A stretch of 64,000 nt of DNA from Escherichia coli (GCF_003334315.1 NZ_QOWR01000005.1), one strand, 5' to 3'; positions 10,714 to 24,714 are shown, counted from the first letter of the stretch. Program-made: numbers and translations. The notes: generated by a model not told the origin, from the letters alone.

Positions 10714-10949
10714 GAATGAAGTATTAAGTTGCAATTGTCTGGTCAATATTAACGGTGCGTTTTTGCTGACTTTAAGGCAGTATGTAACGATGCAACAGTA
10801 AGTTAGCCTTAGTGAATGTGGGCTTTGTCACGAGCACACAGACGGTCTTATACTGTATGATAACGGTTAACTTAACGGATGTTTCGCGGTGTGGGTGAGC
10901 ATGATGGTTCACCGGCATCTCAATTCTCATTTAAACGTACCTGCAGCGA

Positions 10950-11963
10950 ATGAATACTGAAGCCACGCACGACCAAAATGAAGCACTTACTACCGGCGCT
11001 CGCCTGCGTAATGCTCGCGAACAACTAGGACTTAGTCAGCAGGCCGTTGCCGAGCGACTTTGCCTGAAGGTTTCCACGGTACGCGACATTGAAGAAGATA
11101 AGGCACCCGCCGATCTTGCTTCAACATTCCTGCGCGGATATATCCGCTCTTATGCGCGTCTGGTACATATTCCAGAAGAAGAACTGCTGCCAGGGCTGGA
11201 AAAGCAGGCTCCACTACGGGCTGCAAAAGTTGCGCCTATGCAGAGTTTTTCCCTCGGTAAACGCCGCAAAAAACGTGACGGCTGGCTGATGACCTTCACC
11301 TGGCTGGTGTTGTTTGTGGTTATCGGCCTGAGCGGTGCCTGGTGGTGGCAAGACCACAAAGCTCAGCAGGAAGAGATCACCACTATGGCCGATCAATCTT
11401 CGGCGGAACTGAGCAGTAATAGCGAGCAGGGGCAGAGTGTTCCGTTAAATACGTCGACAACTACAGACCCGGCTACAACGTCCACGCCGCCAGCGTCTGT
11501 GGATACTACCGCAACCAACACGCAAACACCTGCCGTAACTGCGCCAGCACCAGCTGTTGATCCGCAACAGAATGCGGTTGTTTCGCCTTCGCAGGCAAAT
11601 GTTGATACCGCCGCGACCCCGGCACCAACGGCAACAACAACGCCAGATGGCGCTGCGCCGTTGCCAACCGATCAGGCAGGCGTGACTACGCCGGCGGCTG
11701 ATCCGAATGCGCTGGTGATGAACTTTACTGCCGATTGCTGGCTGGAGGTTACTGATGCTACCGGTAAAAAATTGTTTAGCGGTATGCAGCGTAAAGACGG
11801 TAATTTGAACTTAACCGGCCAGGCACCATACAAACTGAAAATTGGTGCGCCAGCCGCAGTACAGATCCAGTATCAAGGGAAACCTGTCGATCTGAGTCGT
11901 TTTATCAGAACTAACCAGGTTGCGCGTCTGACCCTCAATGCCGAACAATCACCGGCGCAGTAA
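10950..11963 (+). CDS. rodZ: Cytoskeleton protein RodZ (HTH, one TM segment, T/P/A-rich linker)
   Basis: 337 aa; N-terminal HTH, TM segment [22 protein letters not shown], low-complexity periplasmic linker. Confidence 0.93.
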   Translation: MNTEATHDQNEALTTGARLRNAREQLGLSQQAVAERLCLKVSTVRDIEEDKAPADLASTFLRGYIRSYARLVHIPEEELLPGLEKQAPLRAAKVAPMQSFSLGKRRKKRDGWLMTFTWLVLFVVIGLSGAWWWQDHKAQQEEITTMADQSSAELSSNSEQGQSVPLNTSTTTDPATTSTPPASVDTTATNTQTPAVTAPAPAVDPQQNAVVSPSQANVDTAATPAPTATTTPDGAAPLPTDQAGVTTPAADPNALVMNFTADCWLEVTDATGKKLFSGMQRKDGNLNLTGQAPYKLKIGAPAAVQIQYQGKPVDLSRFIRTNQVARLTLNAEQSPAQ

Positions 11964-11989
11964 CAGACGGGTAACGCGGGAGATTTTTC

Positions 11990-13108
11990 ATGCATAACCA
12001 GGCTCCAATTCAACGTAGAAAATCAACACGTATTTACGTTGGGAATGTGCCGATTGGCGATGGTGCTCCCATCGCCGTACAGTCCATGACCAATACGCGT
12101 ACGACAGACGTCGAAGCAACGGTCAATCAAATCAAGGCGCTGGAACGCGTTGGCGCTGATATCGTCCGTGTCTCCGTACCGACGATGGACGCGGCAGAAG
12201 CGTTCAAACTCATCAAACAGCAGGTTAACGTGCCGCTGGTGGCTGACATCCACTTCGACTATCGCATTGCACTGAAAGTAGCGGAATACGGCGTCGATTG
12301 TCTGCGTATTAACCCTGGCAATATCGGTAATGAAGAGCGTATTCGCATGGTAGTTGACTGTGCGCGCGATAAAAACATTCCGATCCGCATTGGCGTTAAC
12401 GCCGGATCGCTGGAAAAAGATCTGCAAGAAAAGTATGGCGAACCGACGCCGCAGGCGTTGCTGGAATCCGCCATGCGCCATGTTGATCATCTCGATCGCC
12501 TGAACTTCGATCAGTTCAAAGTCAGCGTGAAAGCGTCTGACGTCTTCCTCGCTGTTGAGTCTTATCGTTTGCTGGCAAAACAAATCGATCAGCCGCTGCA
12601 TCTGGGGATCACCGAAGCGGGTGGCGCGCGCAGCGGGGCAGTAAAATCCGCCATTGGTTTAGGTCTGCTGCTGTCTGAAGGCATCGGCGACACGCTGCGC
12701 GTATCACTGGCGGCCGATCCGGTCGAAGAGATCAAAGTCGGTTTCGATATTTTGAAATCGCTGCGTATCCGTTCGCGAGGTATCAACTTCATCGCCTGTC
12801 CGACCTGTTCGCGTCAGGAGTTTGATGTTATCGGTACGGTTAACGCGCTGGAGCAACGCCTGGAAGATATCATCACTCCGATGGACGTTTCGATTATCGG
12901 CTGCGTGGTGAATGGCCCAGGTGAGGCGCTGGTTTCTACACTCGGCGTCACCGGCGGCAACAAGAAAAGCGGCCTCTATGAAGATGGCGTGCGCAAAGAC
13001 CGTCTGGACAACAACGATATGATCGACCAGCTGGAAGCACGCATTCGTGCGAAAGCCAGTCAGCTGGACGAAGCGCGTCGAATTGACGTTCAGCAGGTCG
13101 AAAAATAA
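11990..13108 (+). CDS. ispG: 4-hydroxy-3-methylbut-2-enyl diphosphate synthase
   Basis: 372 aa, [36 protein letters not shown]... Confidence 0.96.
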
Positions 13109-13218
13109 TAACGTGATGGGAAGCGCCTCGCTTCCCGTGTATGATTGAACCCGCATGGCTCCCCAAACATTGAGGGAAGCGTTGAGGGTTCATTTTTATA
13201 TTCAGAAAGAGAATAAAC
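13109..13218 (+). ncRNA. sroE: Candidate 3'UTR-derived sRNA SroE (ispG-hisS intergenic)
   Basis: K-12 has a small RNA processed from the gcpE(ispG) 3' end in this interval (from memory); hairpin GGGAAGCGCCTCGCTTCCC at about 13119-13137. Ends not determinable from sequence. Confidence 0.35.
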
Positions 13219-14493
13219 GTGGCAAAAAACATTCAAGCCATTCGCGGCATGAACGATTACCTGCCTGGCGAAACGGCCATCTGGCAGCGCATTGAAGGCA
13301 CACTGAAAAACGTGCTCGGCAGCTACGGTTACAGTGAAATCCGCTTGCCGATTGTAGAGCAGACCCCGCTATTCAAACGTGCGATTGGTGAAGTCACCGA
13401 CGTGGTTGAAAAAGAGATGTACACCTTTGAGGATCGCAATGGCGACAGCCTGACTCTGCGCCCTGAAGGGACGGCGGGCTGTGTACGCGCCGGCATCGAG
13501 CATGGTCTTCTGTACAATCAGGAACAGCGTCTGTGGTATATCGGGCCGATGTTCCGTCACGAGCGTCCGCAGAAAGGGCGTTATCGTCAGTTCCATCAGT
13601 TGGGCTGCGAAGTTTTCGGTCTGCAAGGTCCGGATATCGACGCTGAACTGATTATGCTCACTGCCCGCTGGTGGCGCGCGCTGGGTATTTCCGAGCACGT
13701 AACTCTTGAGCTGAACTCTATCGGTTCGCTGGAAGCACGCGCCAATTACCGCGATGCGCTGGTGGCATTCCTTGAGCAGCATAAAGAAAAGCTGGACGAA
13801 GACTGCAAACGCCGCATGTACACTAACCCGCTGCGCGTGCTGGATTCAAAAAATCCGGAAGTGCAGGCGCTTCTCAACGACGCTCCGGCATTAGGTGACT
13901 ATCTGGACGAGGAATCTCGTGAGCATTTTGCCGGTCTGTGCAAACTGCTGGAGAGCGCGGGGATCGCTTACACCGTAAACCAGCGTCTGGTGCGTGGTCT
14001 GGATTACTACAACCGTACCGTTTTCGAGTGGGTGACTAACAGTCTCGGCTCCCAGGGCACCGTGTGTGCAGGCGGTCGTTATGACGGTCTTGTGGAACAA
14101 CTGGGCGGTCGTGCAACACCGGCTGTCGGTTTTGCGATGGGCCTCGAACGTCTTGTATTGTTAGTACAGGCCGTTAATCCGGAATTTAAAGCCGATCCTG
14201 TTGTCGATATATACCTGGTGGCTTCAGGTGCTGATACACAATCTGCGGCTATGGCATTAGCTGAGCGTCTGCGTGATGAATTACCGGGCGTGAAATTGAT
14301 GACCAACCACGGCGGCGGCAACTTTAAGAAACAGTTTGCCCGTGCTGATAAATGGGGTGCCCGCGTTGCTGTGGTGCTGGGTGAGTCTGAAGTGGCTAAC
14401 GGCACAGCAGTAGTGAAGGATTTGCGCTCTGGTGAGCAAACGGCAGTTGCGCAGGATAGCGTAGCCGCGCATTTGCGCACGTTACTGGGTTAA
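13219..14493 (+). CDS. hisS: Histidine--tRNA ligase
   Basis: 424 aa; GTG start at 13219; [18 protein letters not shown]... Confidence 0.96.
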
Positions 14494-14510
14494 GGAAGGA
14501 GAAGGACAGC

Positions 14511-15131
14511 GTGGAAATTTACGAGAACGAAAACGACCAGGTAGAAGCGGTTAAACGCTTTTTTGCTGAAAATGGCAAAGCACTGGCTGTTGGGGTGATT
14601 TTGGGCGTTGGCGCACTGATTGGCTGGCGCTACTGGAACAGCCATCAGGTTGATTCTGCACGCTCCGCTTCTCTTGCCTATCAAAATGCGGTTACCGCAG
14701 TGAGCGAAGGCAAACCGGATAGCATCCCGGCGGCGGAAAAATTTGCTGCTGAAAATAAAAATACTTATGGTGCGCTGGCTTCTTTGGAACTTGCGCAGCA
14801 ATTTGTTGACAAAAATGAACTAGAGAAAGCTGCCGCCCAGTTACAACAGGGGCTGGCAGACACGAGCGATGAAAATCTCAAAGCCGTGATAAATCTGCGT
14901 CTTGCTCGCGTTCAGGTACAGCTCAAGCAGGCTGATGCCGCGCTGAAAACCCTTGATACCATCAAAGGTGAAGGGTGGGCTGCCATTGTTGCCGACCTGC
15001 GTGGTGAAGCATTGCTGAGCAAAGGTGATAAGCAAGGTGCGCGTAGTGCATGGGAAGCAGGCGTGAAAAGCGATGTTACTCCGGCACTGAGCGAAATGAT
15101 GCAGATGAAAATTAATAATTTGTCCATCTGA
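14511..15131 (+). CDS. yfgM: Ancillary SecYEG translocon subunit / TPR-like membrane protein
   Basis: 206 aa; GTG start with SD AAGGAAGGAGAAGGA upstream; single TM segment. Confidence 0.9.
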   Translation: MEIYENENDQVEAVKRFFAENGKALAVGVILGVGALIGWRYWNSHQVDSARSASLAYQNAVTAVSEGKPDSIPAAEKFAAENKNTYGALASLELAQQFVDKNELEKAAAQLQQGLADTSDENLKAVINLRLARVQVQLKQADAALKTLDTIKGEGWAAIVADLRGEALLSKGDKQGARSAWEAGVKSDVTPALSEMMQMKINNLSI

Positions 15132-15141
15132 GAGGGACCCG

Positions 15142-16320
15142 ATGCAATTGCGTAAATTACTGCTGCCAGGACTGCTTTCCGTTACCCTTTTAAGCGGCTG
15201 TTCGCTGTTTAACAGCGAAGAAGATGTGGTAAAGATGTCCCCATTGCCAACCGTTGAAAACCAGTTTACGCCGACCACGGCGTGGAGCACTTCCGTTGGT
15301 AGCGGCATTGGCAACTTCTATTCCAATCTTCATCCGGCACTGGCGGACAACGTTGTCTATGCAGCGGACCGCGCTGGTTTAGTAAAAGCGCTGAATGCGG
15401 ATGATGGCAAAGAAATCTGGTCTGTCAGCCTGGCCGAGAAAGATGGCTGGTTCTCTAAAGAGCCTGCATTACTTTCTGGCGGTGTGACCGTGTCTGGTGG
15501 GCATGTCTACATTGGCAGCGAAAAGGCGCAGGTTTACGCGCTGAATACCAGCGATGGTACTGTGGCATGGCAAACTAAAGTCGCGGGTGAAGCACTTTCG
15601 CGCCCGGTGGTCAGCGACGGTCTGGTGTTAATCCACACCAGTAACGGTCAGTTACAAGCGCTGAACGAAGCTGACGGCGCTGTCAAATGGACAGTTAACC
15701 TCGATATGCCTTCGCTCTCTTTGCGTGGCGAGTCTGCGCCGGCAACGGCTTTTGGTGCGGCCGTCGTGGGGGGCGATAATGGTCGCGTCAGCGCAGTGCT
15801 GATGGAACAGGGCCAGATGATTTGGCAGCAGCGTATTTCCCAGGCGACCGGTTCTACCGAAATTGACCGTCTGAGCGATGTTGACACGACTCCCGTCGTT
15901 GTTAACGGCGTTGTTTTCGCGCTGGCCTATAATGGTAACCTGACGGCGCTTGATCTGCGCAGTGGTCAGATTATGTGGAAACGCGAACTGGGTTCGGTGA
16001 ATGATTTCATCGTCGACGGCAATCGCATCTATCTGGTCGATCAAAATGACCGGGTGATGGCGTTGACCATTGATGGCGGCGTTACGCTGTGGACACAAAG
16101 CGATCTGCTGCATCGCCTGCTGACTTCTCCGGTGCTGTATAATGGCAACCTGGTGGTCGGTGACAGTGAAGGTTATCTGCACTGGATTAACGTCGAAGAT
16201 GGTCGTTTCGTTGCCCAGCAAAAAGTTGATAGTTCCGGTTTCCAGACTGAACCGGTTGCCGCTGACGGCAAACTGCTGATCCAGGCAAAAGACGGAACCG
16301 TGTACTCTATTACACGTTAA
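15142..16320 (+). CDS. bamB: Outer membrane protein assembly factor BamB (PQQ beta-propeller lipoprotein)
   Basis: 392 aa; lipobox LLSGC. Confidence 0.95.
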   Translation: MQLRKLLLPGLLSVTLLSGCSLFNSEEDVVKMSPLPTVENQFTPTTAWSTSVGSGIGNFYSNLHPALADNVVYAADRAGLVKALNADDGKEIWSVSLAEKDGWFSKEPALLSGGVTVSGGHVYIGSEKAQVYALNTSDGTVAWQTKVAGEALSRPVVSDGLVLIHTSNGQLQALNEADGAVKWTVNLDMPSLSLRGESAPATAFGAAVVGGDNGRVSAVLMEQGQMIWQQRISQATGSTEIDRLSDVDTTPVVVNGVVFALAYNGNLTALDLRSGQIMWKRELGSVNDFIVDGNRIYLVDQNDRVMALTIDGGVTLWTQSDLLHRLLTSPVLYNGNLVVGDSEGYLHWINVEDGRFVAQQKVDSSGFQTEPVAADGKLLIQAKDGTVYSITR

Positions 16321-16437
16321 TCGTCTCTGTCGTTCACTTTGAAAACGGCTCCTGGACAGGGGCCGTTTTCCTGTTTTTAACAACGACGCGAATATAGCGT
16401 GCGTTGTCTGATGATTTATAAAAATGAGGCTTTAAAC

Positions 16438-17910
16438 ATGGTACCTGTGGTCGCGCTTGTCGGGCGCCCTAACGTAGGAAAATCCACGTTATTTAACCGT
16501 CTAACTCGCACCCGAGATGCGCTGGTTGCGGATTTCCCGGGTCTGACTCGTGACCGTAAGTACGGTCGTGCGGAAATTGAAGGCCGTGAGTTTATCTGTA
16601 TTGATACCGGCGGGATTGATGGCACAGAAGACGGTGTAGAAACCCGCATGGCGGAACAGTCGCTGCTGGCGATTGAAGAAGCGGACGTCGTACTGTTTAT
16701 GGTGGATGCGCGCGCGGGCCTGATGCCGGCAGATGAAGCGATTGCCAAACATCTGCGCTCCCGTGAAAAACCGACCTTCCTGGTGGCAAACAAAACTGAC
16801 GGTCTGGATCCCGATCAGGCAGTGGTTGATTTCTACTCGCTTGGTTTAGGTGAAATCTACCCGATCGCCGCGTCTCACGGTCGTGGCGTATTAAGTCTGC
16901 TGGAGCATGTGCTGCTGCCGTGGATGGAAGATCTCGCACCGCAAGAGGAAGTCGACGAAGACGCTGAATACTGGGCGCAATTTGAAGCGGAAGAGAACGG
17001 CGAAGAAGAAGAGGAAGACGACTTCGACCCGCAAAGTCTGCCGATCAAACTGGCGATTGTGGGTCGTCCGAACGTAGGTAAGTCTACACTCACTAACCGT
17101 ATTCTTGGTGAAGAGCGCGTTGTTGTTTACGACATGCCTGGCACGACGCGTGACAGCATCTACATCCCAATGGAACGCGATGGACGTGAGTATGTGCTCA
17201 TTGACACCGCTGGCGTACGTAAACGCGGCAAAATCACCGATGCTGTAGAGAAATTCTCCGTAATCAAAACGTTGCAGGCCATTGAAGACGCCAACGTGGT
17301 GATGTTAGTGATTGATGCGCGCGAAGGTATTTCCGATCAGGATCTCTCGCTGCTGGGCTTTATTCTCAATAGTGGGCGCTCACTTGTCATTGTGGTGAAT
17401 AAGTGGGATGGCCTGAGTCAGGAAGTGAAAGAGCAGGTGAAAGAAACGCTGGACTTCCGTCTGGGCTTTATCGATTTTGCTCGTGTGCACTTTATCTCTG
17501 CCTTGCACGGCAGTGGTGTTGGTAACTTGTTTGAATCAGTACGTGAAGCGTATGACAGCTCCACCCGTCGTGTGGGGACCTCTATGCTGACGCGCATCAT
17601 GACGATGGCTGTTGAAGATCACCAACCGCCGCTGGTACGCGGTCGTCGTGTGAAGCTGAAATATGCCCACGCCGGTGGTTATAACCCGCCGATTGTGGTG
17701 ATTCACGGTAATCAGGTGAAAGACCTGCCTGATTCCTACAAGCGCTACTTGATGAACTACTTCCGCAAATCGCTGGACGTAATGGGATCGCCGATTCGTA
17801 TTCAGTTCAAAGAAGGGGAAAACCCGTATGCGAATAAGCGTAACACCCTGACGCCAACCCAGATGCGTAAACGTAAGCGTCTGATGAAGCACATCAAGAA
17901 AAATAAATAA
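16438..17910 (+). CDS. der: Ribosome assembly GTPase Der/EngA (tandem GTPase domains)
   Basis: 490 aa from the ATG at 16438; two G-domains (GRPNVGKST twice) separated by an acidic linker. Confidence 0.95.
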
Positions 17911-17931
17911 TTATCCGTAAGTATTTTATCT

Positions 17932-17963
17932 GCCATTCCCTCTATGAATGTAGAGGGAATGGC
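17932..17963 (+). other. Perfect 13-bp inverted repeat (stem-loop) in the der-yfgJ spacer
   Basis: GCCATTCCCTCTA-tgaatg-TAGAGGGAATGGC; no T-run follows, so it is not a canonical terminator. Confidence 0.6.
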
Positions 17964-17979
17964 TACCGGAGGAATTCAT

Positions 17980-19592
<1,613 letters not shown>

Positions 19593-19672
19593 TTATTCAG
19601 TCGATAGTAACCCGCCCTTCGGGGATAGCAAGCATTTTTTGCAAAAAGGGGTAGATGCAATCGGTTACGCTC

Positions 19673-19680
19673 TGTATAAT
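19673..19680 (+). promoter_or_regulatory. Extended -10 element (TGTATAAT) of a likely guaBA promoter
   Basis: TGnTATAAT about 45 bp upstream of the guaB ATG; the adjacent GATGCAATCGGTTACGC weakly resembles a PurR box. Confidence 0.45.
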
Positions 19681-19723
19681 GCCGCGGCAATATTTATTAA
19701 CCACTCTGGTCGAGATATTGCCC

Positions 19724-21190
19724 ATGCTACGTATCGCTAAAGAAGCTCTGACGTTTGACGACGTTCTCCTCGTTCCTGCTCACTCTACCGTTCTGCCGAA
19801 TACTGCTGACCTCAGCACCCAGCTGACGAAAACTATTCGTCTGAATATCCCTATGCTTTCCGCAGCAATGGATACCGTAACGGAAGCGCGCCTGGCTATT
19901 GCTCTGGCTCAGGAAGGCGGTATCGGCTTTATCCACAAAAACATGTCCATTGAACGCCAGGCAGAAGAAGTTCGCCGTGTGAAAAAACACGAATCTGGTG
20001 TGGTGACTGATCCGCAGACTGTTCTGCCAACCACGACGCTGCGCGAAGTGAAAGAACTGACCGAGCGTAACGGTTTTGCGGGCTATCCGGTCGTTACCGA
20101 AGAAAACGAACTGGTGGGTATTATCACCGGTCGTGACGTGCGTTTTGTTACCGACCTGAACCAGCCGGTTAGCGTTTACATGACGCCGAAAGAGCGTCTG
20201 GTCACCGTGCGTGAAGGTGAAGCCCGTGAAGTGGTGCTGGCAAAAATGCACGAAAAACGCGTTGAAAAAGCGCTGGTGGTTGATGACGAATTCCACCTGA
20301 TCGGCATGATCACCGTGAAAGACTTCCAGAAAGCGGAACGTAAACCGAACGCCTGTAAAGACGAGCAAGGCCGTCTGCGTGTTGGTGCAGCGGTTGGCGC
20401 AGGTGCGGGTAACGAAGAGCGTGTTGACGCGCTGGTTGCCGCAGGCGTTGACGTTCTGCTGATCGACTCCTCCCACGGTCACTCAGAAGGTGTACTGCAA
20501 CGTATCCGTGAAACCCGTGCTAAATATCCGGATCTGCAAATTATCGGCGGCAACGTGGCAACAGCTGCAGGTGCACGCGCTCTGGCAGAAGCTGGTTGCA
20601 GTGCGGTTAAAGTCGGCATTGGCCCTGGCTCTATCTGTACAACTCGTATCGTGACTGGCGTCGGTGTTCCGCAGATTACCGCTGTTGCTGACGCAGTAGA
20701 AGCCCTGGAAGGCACCGGTATTCCGGTTATCGCTGATGGCGGTATTCGCTTCTCCGGCGACATCGCCAAAGCTATCGCCGCTGGCGCAAGCGCGGTGATG
20801 GTAGGTTCCATGCTGGCGGGTACTGAAGAATCTCCGGGTGAAATCGAACTCTACCAGGGCCGTTCTTACAAATCTTACCGTGGTATGGGTTCCCTGGGCG
20901 CGATGTCCAAAGGTTCCTCTGACCGTTATTTCCAGAGCGATAACGCTGCCGACAAACTGGTGCCGGAAGGTATCGAAGGTCGCGTAGCCTATAAAGGTCG
21001 CCTGAAAGAGATCATTCACCAGCAGATGGGCGGCCTGCGCTCCTGTATGGGTCTGACCGGCTGTGGTACTATCGACGAACTGCGTACTAAAGCGGAGTTT
21101 GTACGTATCAGCGGTGCGGGCATTCAGGAAAGCCACGTTCACGACGTGACCATTACTAAAGAGTCCCCGAACTACCGTCTGGGCTCCTGA
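19724..21190 (+). CDS. guaB: IMP dehydrogenase
   Basis: 488 aa from the ATG at 19724; tandem CBS domains. Confidence 0.97.
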
Positions 21191-21258
21191 TTCTCTTCGC
21201 CCGACTTCATGTCGGGCGATTTATATTATCTGTTTCACTTGCCTCGGAATAAGCGTCA

Positions 21259-22836
21259 ATGACGGAAAACATTCATAAGCATCGCATCCTCATTCTGGAC
21301 TTCGGTTCTCAGTACACTCAACTGGTTGCGCGCCGCGTGCGTGAGCTGGGTGTTTACTGCGAACTGTGGGCGTGGGATGTGACAGAAGCACAAATTCGTG
21401 ACTTCAATCCAAGCGGCATTATTCTTTCCGGCGGCCCGGAAAGTACTACTGAAGAAAACAGTCCGCGTGCGCCGCAGTATGTCTTTGAAGCAGGCGTACC
21501 GGTATTCGGCGTTTGCTATGGCATGCAGACCATGGCAATGCAGTTGGGCGGTCACGTTGAAGCCTCTAACGAACGTGAATTTGGCTACGCGCAGGTTGAA
21601 GTCGTAAACGACAGCGCACTGGTTCGCGGTATCGAAGATGCGCTGACCGCAGACGGTAAACCGCTGCTCGATGTCTGGATGAGCCACGGCGATAAAGTTA
21701 CCGCTATTCCGTCCGACTTCATCACCGTAGCCAGCACCGAAAGCTGCCCGTTTGCCATTATGGCTAACGAAGAAAAACGCTTCTATGGCGTACAGTTCCA
21801 CCCGGAAGTGACTCACACCCGCCAGGGTATGCGCATGCTGGAGCGTTTTGTGCGTGATATCTGCCAGTGTGAAGCCCTGTGGACGCCAGCGAAAATTATC
21901 GACGATGCTGTAGCTCGCATCCGCGAGCAGGTAGGCGACGATAAAGTCATCCTCGGCCTCTCTGGTGGTGTGGATTCCTCCGTAACCGCAATGCTGCTGC
22001 ACCGCGCTATCGGTAAAAACCTGACTTGCGTATTCGTCGACAACGGCCTGCTGCGCCTCAACGAAGCAGAGCAGGTTCTGGATATGTTTGGCGATCACTT
22101 TGGTCTTAACATTGTTCACGTACCGGCAGAAGATCGCTTCCTGTCAGCGCTGGCTGGCGAAAACGATCCGGAAGCAAAACGTAAAATCATCGGTCGCGTT
22201 TTCGTTGAAGTATTCGATGAAGAAGCGCTGAAACTGGAAGACGTGAAGTGGCTGGCGCAGGGCACCATCTACCCTGACGTTATCGAATCTGCGGCGTCTG
22301 CAACCGGTAAAGCACACGTCATCAAATCTCACCACAACGTGGGCGGCCTGCCGAAAGAGATGAAGATGGGCCTGGTTGAACCGCTGAAAGAGCTGTTCAA
22401 AGACGAAGTGCGTAAGATTGGTCTGGAGCTGGGCCTGCCGTACGACATGCTGTACCGTCACCCGTTCCCGGGACCAGGCCTTGGCGTTCGTGTTCTGGGT
22501 GAAGTGAAGAAAGAGTACTGTGACCTGCTGCGCCGTGCTGACGCCATCTTCATTGAAGAACTGCGTAAAGCGGACCTGTACGACAAAGTCAGCCAGGCGT
22601 TCACTGTGTTCCTGCCGGTACGTTCCGTTGGCGTAATGGGCGATGGTCGTAAGTATGACTGGGTTGTCTCTCTGCGTGCTGTCGAAACCATCGACTTTAT
22701 GACCGCACACTGGGCGCATCTGCCGTACGATTTCCTCGGTCGCGTTTCCAACCGCATTATCAATGAAGTGAACGGTATTTCCCGCGTGGTGTATGACATC
22801 AGCGGCAAGCCGCCAGCTACCATTGAGTGGGAATGA
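21259..22836 (+). CDS. guaA: GMP synthase (glutamine-hydrolysing)
   Basis: 525 aa, [39 protein letters not shown]... Confidence 0.97.
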
Positions 22837-22859
22837 TTTGACCCTGCACTATGAATGAA

Positions 22860-22892
22860 CAAAACCCTCTGTTACTACAGAGGGTTTTTTAT
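22860..22892. terminator. Bidirectional intrinsic terminator between guaA and yfgI
   Basis: AAAACCCTCTG-ttactac-CAGAGGGTTTTTT. Confidence 0.7.
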
Positions 22893-22928
22893 CTTCAAGA
22901 ATTATAGGATTGAAGTTACTAACATCGA

Positions 22929-23468
22929 TTAATTAAACCAGCTGTCCGATTTGTTCTCTTCTGCTTTGCCCACGCTTTTCATCAGATCGCGACCGCCTTC
23001 AGTCATATTTCTGTTGGCGTCAGCTTCAGATTGCACCACATCGGTTTGCGCAGCTTTGTGCTTCAGTTCCTGATCGATAAATTCGTTTTCTCGCTTAACG
23101 CGGGCTTCTTCTTTCGCCAGCGCCAGTTTTTGTTTCTGAATCTCTAAGCTGCGTAGCTCATCTTCATAACTTTGATCGCGTTTTTTGTCCGCAGAGGCTT
23201 CGGCGTCCAGTTTATCCTGACGAGCTTTCTTATTTGCCGCTGCCGTTGCCGCTCTTTTGTTAGCGGCGGCCTGGGCATTTGCGCGACGTTGCTTCTCTTG
23301 CTGGATTTCCCTGTTGCGCTCCGCGACCCATTCGTCATGCTGCCTTTGCTCTTCATTTTTACCTTGCTGTTCCGCTTCTGCGACAGCAGAGAGTTGATCC
23401 TGCAATGATGAGGCGATAGCCGGATAGCTTAAGGAGGCTAAGATGGCGCAAAGAAAAACTTTCTTCAT
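22929..23468 (-). CDS. yfgI: Periplasmic coiled-coil protein YfgI
   Basis: 179 aa; signal peptide, K/E/A/Q-rich. Confidence 0.85.
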   Translation of the reverse strand: MKKVFLCAILASLSYPAIASSLQDQLSAVAEAEQQGKNEEQRQHDEWVAERNREIQQEKQRRANAQAAANKRAATAAANKKARQDKLDAEASADKKRDQSYEDELRSLEIQKQKLALAKEEARVKRENEFIDQELKHKAAQTDVVQSEADANRNMTEGGRDLMKSVGKAEENKSDSWFN

Positions 23469-23483
23469 GACTCCTCCTGATTA

Positions 23484-24002
23484 TTAGCTCTTTTCAGGAC
23501 ATTTGGTATTTGGCTGAATACGCGTTTCGTTATACGTCGTGGTAATAACAACGGCTAAACCTGTCGTAAACTGGCACTCTTTACCCACCTGGGTAGAGGT
23601 ATACACTTTGGTGCCTTCCTTATAGGTTAAAGAAACACCTTCCACTAAGGTTTTATCATTCACCATAGAACCCGCTGCCGCGCCTACAGCTCCGCCGCCA
23701 ACTGCACCTGCCGTCGTTCCGGAATTGCTGCCAGACCCGACGTTGTGGCCGATAACACCGCCAGCGACTGCGCCAATAAGCGCGCCGAAGGCTTGTGCGT
23801 TCCGTTTATTTTGGGAGTTGTCTACGGCAACTTTTGCGGGAAGAATGGAAATAATATTAACGGTTTTAGTTTCTTGTTTGGTATTCAGTTGATCGGTTTG
23901 ATAAACATCGGCAGCATGATCGTCAGCATTTGACTGGCATCCTGCCAGAGTGAATGACGCTAACATTGCCACAGGCAGAAGACATTTTTTAAATTTCATC
24001 AC
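23484..24002 (-). CDS. yfgH: Glycine-zipper outer membrane lipoprotein YfgH
   Basis: 172 aa; lipobox LAGC; Gly-rich region GALIGAVAGGVIGHNVGSG. Confidence 0.85.
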   Translation of the reverse strand: MMKFKKCLLPVAMLASFTLAGCQSNADDHAADVYQTDQLNTKQETKTVNIISILPAKVAVDNSQNKRNAQAFGALIGAVAGGVIGHNVGSGSNSGTTAGAVGGGAVGAAAGSMVNDKTLVEGVSLTYKEGTKVYTSTQVGKECQFTTGLAVVITTTYNETRIQPNTKCPEKS

Positions 24003-24312
24003 TATTCCTTGTTATACACATTACGAAAAATAAGACATTTAAGATCATCAAAAGAGGAAAGTAAATGTATTGCGTATAAAGGGATAGATTAAATTTATTA
24101 AAATTCACGCAGGGAATAATTTATAAAAATATATCATTACAACATATATATTAATTTTATATTTATTTCGCAGCCAAACAGGATAAACATCAGTCAGGAT
24201 AAAGACGTAAAATTTAAGATGAAAGAATATCTGCCGCTTTGATAATCCCAAACAGCAAAAGCATCCGACAGCGAAGTGCCGTTATGTTCTGTGAAAGTGG
24301 AGAAGGTAACCG

Positions 24313-24504
24313 CTAACGTTGTACCGGTGATTCGACGGAGAGTGTGGATTGCTGAGCTTCTTTTTTGCTCTGATGGTGCTGCCAGGCACCGACGGACGAG
24401 TAGATAAAACGGCCAAAGAAGAAGATAAAGCTGATGAGCAGTACGATACGGGTCATGCGACTGTTAAATCGGTGTCGTTTTCGCATACTGGTTGCCTGAC
24501 TCAC
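24313..24504 (-). CDS. yfgG: Small membrane protein YfgG
   Basis: 63 aa with one hydrophobic segment; sits inside an AT-rich intergenic island. Confidence 0.8.
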   Translation of the reverse strand: MSQATSMRKRHRFNSRMTRIVLLISFIFFFGRFIYSSVGAWQHHQSKKEAQQSTLSVESPVQR

Positions 24505-24714
24505 AAAAGGTTCCTTGAAGTATGTCCCACGCTGTGGACGGTACTTACATTAAGGCACAACAGGACAAAATGGTCAATTCTTCGTTATGTAAAAAAGCGT
24601 CAGTGGATACATATTTTAATGTTATGGAAGTTAATTTAATTATTTACAATGATGATGTAATAATGATGAATTAACATGATAAACGTAATAATTCATTAAT
24701 CAGGGTTATTTTGT

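Noticed and set aside
11400-11720. Low-complexity Thr/Pro/Ala-rich stretch in rodZ, and the acidic E/D run in der (about 16980-17025), considered as possible tandem repeats
   Set aside because: These are in-frame flexible linkers of known proteins, not DNA-level tandem repeats or mobile sequences.
16399-16437. N-terminal extensions proposed by the ORF track (for example der from 16399, guaB from 19655, ppx to 28718, bepA to 37772, uraA from 33592)
   Set aside because: In each case an internal ATG or GTG with a proper SD reproduces the expected protein length; the extensions start at weak alternative codons without an SD.
19727-22719. Long minus-strand ORFs antisense to guaB and guaA (19727-20482, 20483-21142, 21256-22119, 22144-22719)
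   Set aside because: Mirror frames of highly conserved housekeeping genes; no independent start signals; the Phe/His/Arg/Thr-rich composition is an antisense artefact.
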